This document shows positions 1 to 10,699 of a DNA stretch of 64,000 nucleotides, in pieces. The position numbers and the translations under genes were made by a program. The notes beneath the pieces are model-generated. The model had not been told where the DNA came from, made no database searches, and saw only the letters and a program-made list of their open reading frames with translations. Source of the stretch: Eledone cirrhosa (Eukaryota); assembly GCA_964016885.1 (NCBI GenBank), contig OZ024745.1, positions 86,738,001-86,802,000 of the forward strand, written 5' to 3'. Within the stretch, counting starts at the first letter, position 1; each line of letters opens with the position of its first letter.

Positions 1-497
1 ACCTCTTCTACGGCCTCGATATGAATGCCCCCTCCGCCTCCGTGGTATTTTCTTCGTGGTTATAAGAGGCTTAGCTCTGTTTCTCGACCGTTATATCGCG
101 TGACCGTCTCCCCCTCCGCCTTTTGGGATTCTTTCTCACGTCGTGTAGACGCGTTCTTGAGACTAGTAAAATGAGGTATCCTCTTGATAAGTCGGCAGAC
201 CTCGCAAGGACTCTATATCTTTGATATATTGTTTTTGTTTATGCCACGAAACTACGTAGTCGAGGAATTTAGGAACAGTTTAGGTATGATACATTTTATT
301 ACTAATTATATCTAAATGTTTCTTCTCTCTTCATAATGTATTTTTAACTCTGATACTGGTTCAGTCTGGTTCAAACTGAATTGGTCTGTCCCAGTCATTC
401 ATTGAGCAACATCGGTGAAGTTGGCACCCTTAACTCACAGTTGGGTGCGGATGCATTCATGTATATATGTGTGTGTCCGCATGTATCTGTGTGTTTC

Positions 498-500
<3 letters not shown>

Positions 501-548
<48 letters not shown>
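501..548. repeat. (TA)n microsatellite
   Basis: Direct read: ~24 AT dinucleotides with one C interruption; short (GT)n-like tract just upstream at 461-476. Confidence 0.95.
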
Positions 549-1101
549 TTAAAATCACATAATTCTTCTCTTATTACTGTTATATATGCTTGTACAATTA
601 TGCCCAAAATTCGAGGATTTTATTTAAACCTTCTCGCTAAAATAAACCTGTTGCGAGTACGAAACTCATAATTCGCCAACCCCTTATTTCTGGCTAGGCT
701 GCTCGCTCGCCCGGTTAAATGTAACGTACAAATGCTATTTTCTTTACTCTTCTCTCCATTTTTCCCCTGGTCCATTCATCTATCTGTATCATATCCGTCC
801 CACCCGCCCCGAATCACCACCATTATTACGTGGACCAATCATAAGTCAGCGGCATATGCTATCACTTCTTAAGTTTAGACCTGGTTGCCTTTCGATATGA
901 TGGATGGACTACGGAATTCTGGAGAGTTTGAAAAGAAAAAATCTGGACACTCAGTGACAATGCTAAAGATAAAGACAAATTCACCTCATGCTGCCGGACG
1001 AGAATGCAAGGACTCCTCCTCTTTATTTCGGCCGCGGATGGCTAACATAACCCCCCCCCCCTAGGCCCCGCCGTTCCCACCCTCCAAACGCAATCCAAAA
1101 C

Positions 1102-4088
1102 TTTAGAGTTGGTACCATGAATGTAGGCACCTTAAAAGGTCGCTCTAACGAGGTTGTAGAAATGCTTGAACGTAAGGAGGTCGATGTTTGGTGTATTCAA
1201 GAGACCAGTTGGAGGGGTAGGTCTGCTAGATTCATTGTGGGTAAAAAACGATGCTATAAGCTTTTCTGGCTGGGAAATGACAATGGGCTGGATGGAATAG
1301 GAATCATGGTAGCAGAAAAGTGGGCAGATAAGATAATAGGCGTAAATAGAGTGAACGACAGAATAATTAAAATAAGACTTGTCCTCAATAGAACTACTGT
1401 GACAATAATATCTGCATATGCACCCCAATCCGGACTACCTGGCGTTATAAAAGACAGATTCTATGAGTCGCTAATGCTCACTACCTCCCAAATAACCGAC
1501 AGTGACTATATAATTATCGCTGGCGACCTAAATGGTCACATTGGACAACATTGTGACGGCTATGACGGAATCCATGGAGGATATGGGTTTGGTACTAGAA
1601 ATGAGGAAGACTCCAAAATCCTGGAATTCTGTGACGCAAATAACCTAACTATCTGTAACACTAACTTCAAAAAACCAGACAATCACTTGATCACCTATAG
1701 ATCAGAGGAACACACCAGCCAGATAGATTATATCCTTACCAGAAGACGTGACAGAGTGTCTGTTGTAAACACTAAATCCCTCCCCCATGAAGAATGCACC
1801 TCTCAACATAGACTCATAATTAGCGATCTCAGTCATGACGAGACGTACTCGACAACAGAGGAGGACTATCCTCAGGAGAAAAATATGGAAGCTAAAGGAC
1901 CCCACAGCCAGTAATAAATTTAAAAGCATATTACTTGATGCTTTTGATAGTAAGGAAGAGCAATTAGAGTCGTACATTATAGAGGAACAGTGGGAATTCC
2001 TGAAAGATAACCTGCTGAAGGCGACAGATGAAATCTGTGGCTGGAGCAGACCTATAGGCAGGAGGAGAGTAACTTGGTCTTGGAACAGTAAGGTGGAGGA
2101 GTCAATCAAGGCCAAAAAGTATGGAGGAAGGAGAGAAGACTATCAAGTGGCCAGGAGGGAAGCTAGGAGACAAGTGTACTTCGCAGAGGAAAGAAAGTTC
2201 AAGCATGTTCGACAACGTGAGGACCAAAAACGTGAGGTTTTCAGGATTGCTAGGCAATGTGTCAAGGAAAACCGTGATATTGTCAGGGAGAAGTGTGTCC
2301 TTAATGATGATGGTGTACTTGCCATCACTGACGCTGATAAGAAGGTAGCTTGGAAGTGTCACTACGAAAGGCTACTAAGTGAGGAGAATAAATGGAAGAA
2401 AGACAGTCTCCCCCACATCGATCCAATAGAGAGAGTGCAAGTTGAAGGTAGTATAATAAGTAAGGCGATCAAAGATATGAAGACAGGCAAGGCGGCTGGG
2501 CCTTCGGAAATAGTTGCTGAATGCTGAAAGCATCTGGAACGGTGGGACACACTATGGCCACCCGGATAGTAAACCAAGTCATACAGAATGGGGTCGTTCC
2601 AAAGGACTGGCGTAGCAGCAGCATCATTAACTGCTACAAGGGTAAAGGAGATGCCCTAGATAGGGGAAACTATAGAGGCATTAAATTAATTGGCCAGGTC
2701 ATGAAGGTCACAGAAAAAGTAATAACACAACTAATCAGAGAGCGAATTGATCTAGATGAAATGCAGTTCGGGTTTGTGTCAGGTAAAAGTACCACAGACG
2801 CTCTTTTCATTGTAAGACAACTACAGAAGTACCTAGCTAAAAGTAAACCCCTATACTTAGCTTTTGTTGACTTGGAGAAAGCCTTTGACAGAGTCTCACA
2901 CCCCATTATCTGGTAGGCTCTCAGAAAACTATGTGTTGAATGGCTTGTGAGAGCTATACAAGCCATGTATAAAGAAACAGTCAGCAAGGTTAGAATTAAC
3001 AACGAATATAGTGAAGAGTTTAGCGAAAAAGTTGGTTTTCATCAGGGCTCCGTCCTTATCCCCCTCCTATTTATTATTGCCCTTCAGGCTATAACAGAGG
3101 AGTTCAAGACCAGCTGCCCATGGGAACTCCTATACACAGATGATCTAACGCTCATAGCTGAATCAATGGCTGAACTAGAGAGGAAATTTCAAACATGGAA
3201 GCATGGCCTAGAATCAAAAGGCCTTAAAATTAACCTGTCTAAGACTAAAGGTCTAGTTTGTAGGAAGGAAAATAGGGCACTGGTCCCATCTGGGAAATGG
3301 CCATGCTCAGTGTGTAGGAAAGGAGTAGGCAGAAACTCCATTTTATGTCCAAATGCAAAGTATGGGTGCATAAAAGATGTAGTGGGATCACAGGTAAGCT
3401 AACTAAGAATATAGATTTTATATGTGGCCGGTGCTCAGGTGCAATAAGTAGCAGCAAGTGCCCACAGAATACTAGCTCATTGCATTGCATAGATGGTTCT
3501 ATAGAAATAGTGGACAGCTTCCGTTACCTGGGTGACAAAATCAGCAGTGGTGGAGGGTGCTCTGAAAGTACAGTAGCTAGAGTCAGAACGGGATGGAAAA
3601 AGTTCAGAGAGCTTATACCACTATTGGCCGCTAAAGGTTTCTCTCTAAAAATGAAAGGCAGGCTGTATGATGCCTGCATTCGAACAGCAATGTTACATGG
3701 CAGTGAGACTTGGGCATTGTGTGCATAAGATATATGCAGACTGGAGAGGAACGAAGCCTGCATGCTCCGTTGGATGTGTAATAGTAATATACATGAACGG
3801 CAAAGCATAAATGAACTAAGTGAGAAATTAGGAATAAGAGGGATCAGATGTTGTTTACTCGAGAGAAGACTACGTTGGTATGGTCATGTGATGCGCATGA
3901 AAGACGACAGCTGTATAAAAAAGTGCAGGGTGATAAAAATAGACGGTAGCCACGGAGTAGGCAGACGCAGAAAAACCTGGGACGACTTGATAAATTCCGA
4001 CCTCACACACTTACACCTCTCCAAGACAATGTCACTGGGCCGAGATCTTTGGCGCTACACAGAAATACAGAAGACCCGCCTTGCCTAA
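1102..4088 (+). pseudogene. Disrupted APE endonuclease-reverse transcriptase ORF of RTE copy 1
   Basis: Six consecutive ORF-track pieces (1117, 1835, 2521, 2947, 3345, 3762) join into one LINE protein. Frameshifts near 1832, 2522 and 3350; stops at 2914-2916 (TAG for TGG) and 3726-3728; catalytic YADD reads YTDD. Homology begins upstream of the annotated ATG (FRVGT-MNVGTL). Confidence 0.92.
3304..3434 (+). other. PHD-type (C4HC3) zinc finger coding segment in RTE copy 1, broken by a 1-nt frameshift
   Basis: CSVC-RKGVGRNSIL-C(P/S)KC-KVWV-HKRC-x14-CGRC across ORFs 2947 and 3345. Confidence 0.8.
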
Positions 4089-4458
4089 GTACAAAGCGAA
4101 ACTTACAATCAGTAGGCACCTCTTAACAAAAATACACCCCCGTCCCACTAACCCCACCCCATCCACACCACCCCTTTCGATGTAAAGTTATGTTGGTACC
4201 ACAACATCCAGTCTGAAATAAATGAGGTCGTGTAGGTGTCACGTCAAAAAAACACACAGTCCACGCTGTAATGTGGCCATGTAGGTAAAAACCTCCCAGT
4301 CCACACTGTAAACGTGGTTGGTGTTAGGAAGGGCATCTAGCCATAGAAAACCCGCCAGACAATACGAGCAAGACAACCAATCTTGCCTCAAGTGGGAAAA
4401 TTCCCGTCCAAACCCATGCAAGCGTTGAAGATGGTCGTTAAACGATGATGATGATGAT

Positions 4459-4469
4459 ATATATATATA

Positions 4470-4501
<32 letters not shown>

Positions 4502-4533
4502 CATATATATGTATATATATATATATATGTATG

Positions 4534-4567
<34 letters not shown>

Positions 4568-4568
4568 C
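4459..4568. repeat. Compound (TA)n/(TG)n microsatellite abutting the LINE tail
   Basis: Direct read; starts immediately after (GAT)5. Confidence 0.95.
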
Positions 4569-5296
4569 AATGTCTAGTTTAAATAATGGGATATCTGCTG
4601 ATATTAGAATAGAAATATCTGAGCTTTGTATTTCTTTCTCTTCTAGTATTTTTAGTCTCTGTATCATATATACCTTTTCTAACCACAAGTGTTGCCTTGT
4701 TTAAAATATTAGCATGTATTTGTTGTTCGGGGACATGTAAATGAATCTGCTCGATTCTGACGTTTATACTTTCCTCTTATTATGTATATAATGTGTGTAT
4801 ATGCTACCCAAGAAAATAATATGTCCCTCATATATTCGTGATAGGTCAAAATCGGTTAACTTATTGCTTCAATAAAATATACTTCTACACGCATCAACAA
4901 TACGCTTAAAATAAACAAGCATTTTGAAGCAAGCTTCTACATGGATCTCACGAAAGTTTCAATAATTCCATGTCATGTTGCCTTATTATGCTTCCCATCA
5001 TTTATTCGTGACATGTTAGTCATCAAAATAGCATAAGTCGTCTTGAAGAGAATGTTATAATATTAATTTTCTTTTCATTTCTCTGTTGTTGTTGTCCTCT
5101 GTTTTGTTTTGAGTTTTGATTTTTTACATTTTGTTTCGAAATCATATAACGCCAATTTGTCGAGAAATAAGAAAATAATGAACAACTTCCCCAAGTCGTT
5201 TGTTGGGGAAACAACTTTCAGTGAGTTATCTACATTAGCTGACAATATAGCAATGTATTAAATAGGTTTATTTACGATAGTTTATAACTTTGTCAA

Positions 5297-5498
5297 TTAA
5301 TCCGAATGCTGAGCAAATGGGGTCCCACGTGCTGGCCTCCCCACAGCCCCGGCGGTCAGGATGGAGAGGGCGTTTCCCCAGAGGGTGGCAAGGGTGCTGG
5401 AAGAGCAATTCCAACTCACGATGCTCACACCTGTGGCTGGCCAGCTCAGCACCTATGGTGGTGAATAGGGAGGTAGGCCTAAGGCCAAAGACACTAGA
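5297..5498 (-). mobile_element. 5'-truncated relic of an RLE-type non-LTR retrotransposon (CRE-like), extreme C-terminus only
   Basis: GC-rich island in AT-rich DNA. The minus strand reads SSVFGLRPTSLFTTIGAELASHRCEHRELELLFQH, then after a frameshift near 5393 LATLWGNALSILTAG...stop (5299-5297). This matches my recollection of the CRE-type terminal motif G.FG...F...IG..L....G..RE...LFQRLS.A..RGNA.SIL. The R>H (CAC) and R>W (TGG) changes fit CpG decay. AATAAA on the minus strand at 5272-5267. Confidence 0.62.
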
Positions 5499-5740
5499 AA
5501 TATGTAAAATCATTCGTCTTTAGAATTGTTTTCTTACATATGAACTACACGTTTTGTTATATATAAGAATGGTAAATCATTCTGTGACATTATGTTATTT
5601 CGTTGGAGAGAAATGGATACAGCCATTAATCTAAATATTGTAGCTGTCTCAGCTCGACAGGAGGTTATATTTATGTTAGCAGTGATCTGTTAGGCCAAAT
5701 TATATCTCAAACGAAACTATATCACAGACCAAACTATATC

Positions 5741-5960
5741 ACAGGTCAAACTATATCACAGTCAAATAATATCACAGGTCAAACTATATCCCAGACCAAA
5801 CAATATTTCAGACCAAACTATATCACAGACCAAACTATATCACAGACCAAACTATATCACAGGTCAAACTATATCACAGTCAAACTATATCACAGGTCAA
5901 ACTATATCCCAGACCAAACAATATTTCAGACCAAACTATATAACAGACCAAACTATATCA
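5741..5960 (+). repeat. 118-bp (7-monomer) tandem duplication at the start of the array
   Basis: Marker CCAGACCAAACAATATTTCAGACC at 5791 and 5909, each preceded by the 16-bp variant CACAGTCAAA. Confidence 0.8.
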
Positions 5961-6049
5961 CAGACCAAACTATATCACAGATCAAACAATATCACGGGGC
6001 AAACTATATCACAGATCAAACTATATCACAGACAAAACTATATCTCAGG

Positions 6050-8850
6050 TCAAATTATATCGCAGACCAAACTATATACCAGACTCAACTATATCACAGA
6101 AAAAACTATATCACAGGTTAAACTATATCACAGATCAAATTATATCACAGACCACACCATATCACAGGTGAAATTATATCACAGACCAAACAATATTTCA
6201 GATCAAACTATATCACACACCAAACTATAACACAGACAAAACAATATCACAGAGCACACAATATCATGGGGTAAACTATATCACAGAAAAAACTATATCA
6301 CAGGTTAAACTATATCACAGATCAAATTATATCACAGACCAAACTATATAACACACCAAACTATATCACAGACCAAATTATATAACAGACCAAATAATAT
6401 GTCAGACCAAACTATGTAACAGAACAAACTATGAGACAGACAAAATGATATCGCAGATCAAACGATATCGCAGATCAAATAATATCACAGGGCAAACTAT
6501 ATCACAGACCAAACTATATCTCAGGTAAAATTATATCTCAGACCAAACTATATCACAGACTCAACTATATCACAGACAAACTATATCACAGGTTAAACAA
6601 TATGACAGATCAAATTATATCACAGACCAAACTATATCTCAGACCAAACTATAACACAGGTCAAACTATATCACATACCAAACTATATCTCAGACGAAAC
6701 TATATTACAGACAAAACTATATCACAGGTTAAACAATATCACAGATCATACTATATCACCGACTAAACTATAACAGACCAAACTATATCACAGACTGAAT
6801 TATATGACAGATCAAACTATATCGCAGACCAAACTAAATCAGAGAACAAACTATATCACAGATCAAATTATATCACAGACCAAATTATATCATAGACCAA
6901 ACAATATTTCAGACCAAACTATATCACAGAACAAACTATAAGACAGACAAAACAATATCACAGATCAAACAATATCACGGGGCAAACTATATCACATATG
7001 AAACTATATCACAGACCAAACTATATCTCTGGTAGGTAAAATTATATCTCAGACGAAACTATATCACAGACTCAACTATATCACAGACAAAACTATATCT
7101 CAGGTTAAAGTATATCACAGATCAAATTATATTACACACCTAACTATATCACAGAACAAACTATATCACAGACCAAATAATATCTCTGGTAGGTAAAATT
7201 ATATCTCAGACGAAACTATATCACAGACTCAACAATATCACAAACAAAACTATATCACAGGTTAAAGTATATCACAGATCAAATTATATCACACACCTAA
7301 CTATATCACAGAACAAACTATATCACAGACGAAACAATATCTCAGACCAAACTATATCACAGGTCAAACTATATCACAGGTCAAACTATATCACAGACCA
7401 AACTATATCACAGGTCAAATTATATCGCAGACCAAACTATATACCAGACTCAACTATATCACAGAAAAAACTATATCACAGGTTAAACTATATCACAGAT
7501 CAAATTATATCACAGACCACACCATATCAGAGGTGAAATTATATCACAGACCAAACAATATTTCAGATCAAACTATATCACACACCAAACTATAACACAG
7601 ACAAAACAATATCACAGAGCACACAATATCATGGGGCAAACTATATCACAGAAAAAACTATATCACAGGTTAAACTATATCACAGATCAAATTATATCAC
7701 AGACCAAACTATATAACACACCAAACTATATCACAGACCAAATTATATAACAGACCACACAATATGTCAGACCAAACTATGTAACAGAACAAACTATGAG
7801 ACAGACAAAATGATATCGCAGATCAAACGATATCGCAGATCAAATCATATCACGGGGCAAACTATATCACAGATGAAACTATATCACAGACCAAACTATA
7901 TCTCAGGTAAAATTATATCTCAGACCAAACTATATCACAGATTCAACTATATCACAGACAAACTATATCACAGGTTAAACAATATGACAGCTCAAATTAT
8001 ATCACAGACCAAACTATAATACACACCAAACTATATCACAGACCAAACTGTATCACAGACCAAACTATATCTCAGACCAAACTATAACACAGGTCAAACT
8101 ATATCACATACCAAACTATATCTCAGACGAAACTATATTACAGACAAAACTATATCACAGGTTAAACAATATCACAGATCATACTATATCACCGACTAAA
8201 CTATAACAGACCAAACTATATCACAGACTGAATTATATGACAGATCAAACTATATCGCAGACCAAACTAAATCAGAGAACAAACTATATCACAGATCAAA
8301 TTATATCACAGACCAAATTATATCACAGACCAAACAATATTTCAGACCAAACTATATCACAGAACAAACTATAAGACAGACAAAACAATATCACAGATCA
8401 AACAATATCACGGGGCAAACTATATCACATATGAAACTATATCACAGACCAAACTATATCTCTGGTAGGTAAAATTATATCTCAGACGAAACTATATCAC
8501 AGACTCATCTATATCACAGACAAAACTATATCTCAGGTTAAAGTATATCACAGATCAAATTATATCACACACCTAACTATATCACAGAACAAACTATATC
8601 ACAGACCAAACAATATGTCTGGTAGGTAAAATTATATCTCAGACGAAACTATATCACAGACTCAACAATATCACAAACAAAACTATATCACAGGTTAAAG
8701 TATATCACAGATCAAATTATATCACACACCTAACTATATCACAGAACAAACTATATCACAGACGAAACAATATCTCAGACCAAACTATATCACAGGTCAA
8801 ACTATATCACAGGTCAAACTATATCACAGAACAAACTATATCACAGGTCA
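6050..8850 (+). repeat. ~1.4-kb tandem higher-order duplication containing an internal 157-bp duplication
   Basis: Unique marker CTGGTAGGTAAAATT with GGTAGG at 7031, 7188, 8464 and 8621 (offsets 157 and 1433). CGCAGACCAAACTATATACCAGACTC at 6061 and about 7426. Confidence 0.85.
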
Positions 8851-10699
8851 AACTATATCACAGACCAAACTAAATCTCAGACCAAACTATATCTCAGATG
8901 AAACTATATTACAGACGAAACAATATCACAGGTCAAACTATTTCACACATCAAACTATATCGCAGACCAAACAATATCACAGACCAAACTATATCTCAGA
9001 CCAAACTATATTACAGACCAAACTATATCAGAGTACAAACTATATCTCAGACTAAACTATATCACTCACCAAACTATATAACAGACCAAACAATATCACA
9101 GACCAAACTATATCTCAGACCAAACTATATCACAGACAAAACTACATCACAGGTCAAACTATTTCACAAACCAAACTACATCACGGACCAAATTATATAA
9201 AACATCAAACTAGAGTTCAAATGAAACTATATCACAGACGAATCTATATTACAGACCAAAACTATATCACAGGTCACACTATGTCACAGAACAAACTATT
9301 TCACAGACCAATCTTTATCACAAACCAAACTATATCACAGACAAAACTTTATCACAGACCAAACTACATCACGGAACAAATTATATCCCTGACCAAACTA
9401 TATCACAGACTAAACCATATCACTGACCAAACTAAATCACAGAGGAAATTATATCTCAGACAAAACTATAACACAGACCAAACTATATCACAGACCAAAC
9501 TATATCACAGACCAATCTATATCACATACAAACTATATCACAGACCAAACTATAACATAGGTCAAACTATATCATAGAACAAACTTTATCTCACACCAAA
9601 CTATATCACTCACCAAATTATATCACAGACCAAACAATAGTACCGACGAAGCTATATCACAAATGAAACTATATCACAGGTCAAACTATATCACAGACTA
9701 AACTATACCACAGACCAAACTATATCACAGGTTAATCTATATTACAACCAATATATATCACAGACCAAACCCTATGACAGACCAAACTATATCATAGACC
9801 AAACTATATGACCGACCAAACTATATCACAGAACAAACTATATCACAGACCGAACTATATCACAGACCAAACTATATCACAGACCACTCTATATCACAGA
9901 CCAAACTATATCACAGAACAAACTATATTACAGACTAAACTATATCACAGACCAAACTATATCACAGACCAAACTATATCGCAGACCAAACCATAACACA
10001 GACCAAACTATATCATAGACCAATCCCTATCACACACCAAACTATATCACAGACCAAATTATAGTAGACACGAAACTATATCAAAGACGAGACTATATCG
10101 CAGAACAAACTATATCACAGGCCACTCTATATCACAGACCAAAATATATCACAGAACAAATGATAAGACAGACCAAACTATATCACAGACCAAACTATAT
10201 CACAGAGGAAATTATATCTCCAACCAAACTATATAACAGGTCAAACTATATCAGAGAGCAAACTATATCACAGACCAAACTATATCATAGACCAAACTAT
10301 ATGACAGGTCAAACTTATCACACACCAAACTCTATCACAGACCAAACTACATCACAGACCAAACTATATCACAGACCAATCTTTATCACAAACCAAACTA
10401 TATCACAGACCAAACTCTATCACAGACCAAACTACATCACGGAACAAACTATGTCACAGACCAAACTATAGTACCGACGAAACACTATCACAGGTCAAAC
10501 TATATCACAGACTAAACTATATCACAGACCAATCTATATCGTAGACTAAACTATATCACAGACCAAACTGTATCACAGGACAAACTATATCACACACCAA
10601 ACTATATCACAGGTCAAACTATATCATAGACAAAACTATATCACAAACCAATCTATATCACAGAGCAAACTATATCACAGACCAAACTATATCAAAGAC

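Larger units (their letters stand above)
700..4458 (+). mobile_element. RTE-clade non-LTR retrotransposon (LINE), near full length, decayed (copy 1). 5' boundary uncertain (about 550-700).
   Basis: Single-ORF layout APE-RT-C-terminus (RVGTMNVGTL, SAYAPQ, AGDLNGHIG, SQIDYIL; NYRGIKL, FVDLEKAFDRV, HQGS, YTDD; RRLRWYGHVMR..GRRRKTW). Short 3' UTR ends in AAAC(GAT)5 at 4440-4458. A single ORF and a short-tandem-repeat tail are typical of the RTE clade. Confidence 0.93.

Noticed and set aside
461-548. Target-site duplication for LINE copy 1 formed by the TA/TG tracts on both sides
   Set aside because: Microsatellite similarity is uninformative and the 5' end of the element is not defined; no unique duplicated sequence found.
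640-675. Hammerhead ribozyme around CCTGTTGCGAGTACGAAAC
   Set aside because: CGAAAC is present but the CUGANGA core is not, and stems I and III cannot be built.
1132-3808. Minus-strand ORFs over the LINEs (also 19081-20205 and 35471-36742)
   Set aside because: Antisense shadows of the RT ORF and 3' UTR with no independent motifs.
4239-4704. IYIYIY-rich ORFs
   Set aside because: Translations of the (TA)n microsatellite.
5307-5486. GC-rich island as a structured ncRNA (TGCTGAGC/GCTCAGCA, GCTGGCC/GGCCAGC, CCACAG/CTGTGG pairings; faint RNase MRP or HDV-like look)
   Set aside because: Too short for RNase MRP/P, conserved cores are incomplete, and the minus-strand CRE-like coding relic explains the island better. 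An Infernal/Rfam scan would settle it.
5741-5760. GACC>GGTC monomer variant as an in-place micro-inversion
   Set aside because: It is the reverse complement, but both single-step intermediates (GATC, GGCC) are common in the array, so two ordinary transitions suffice.
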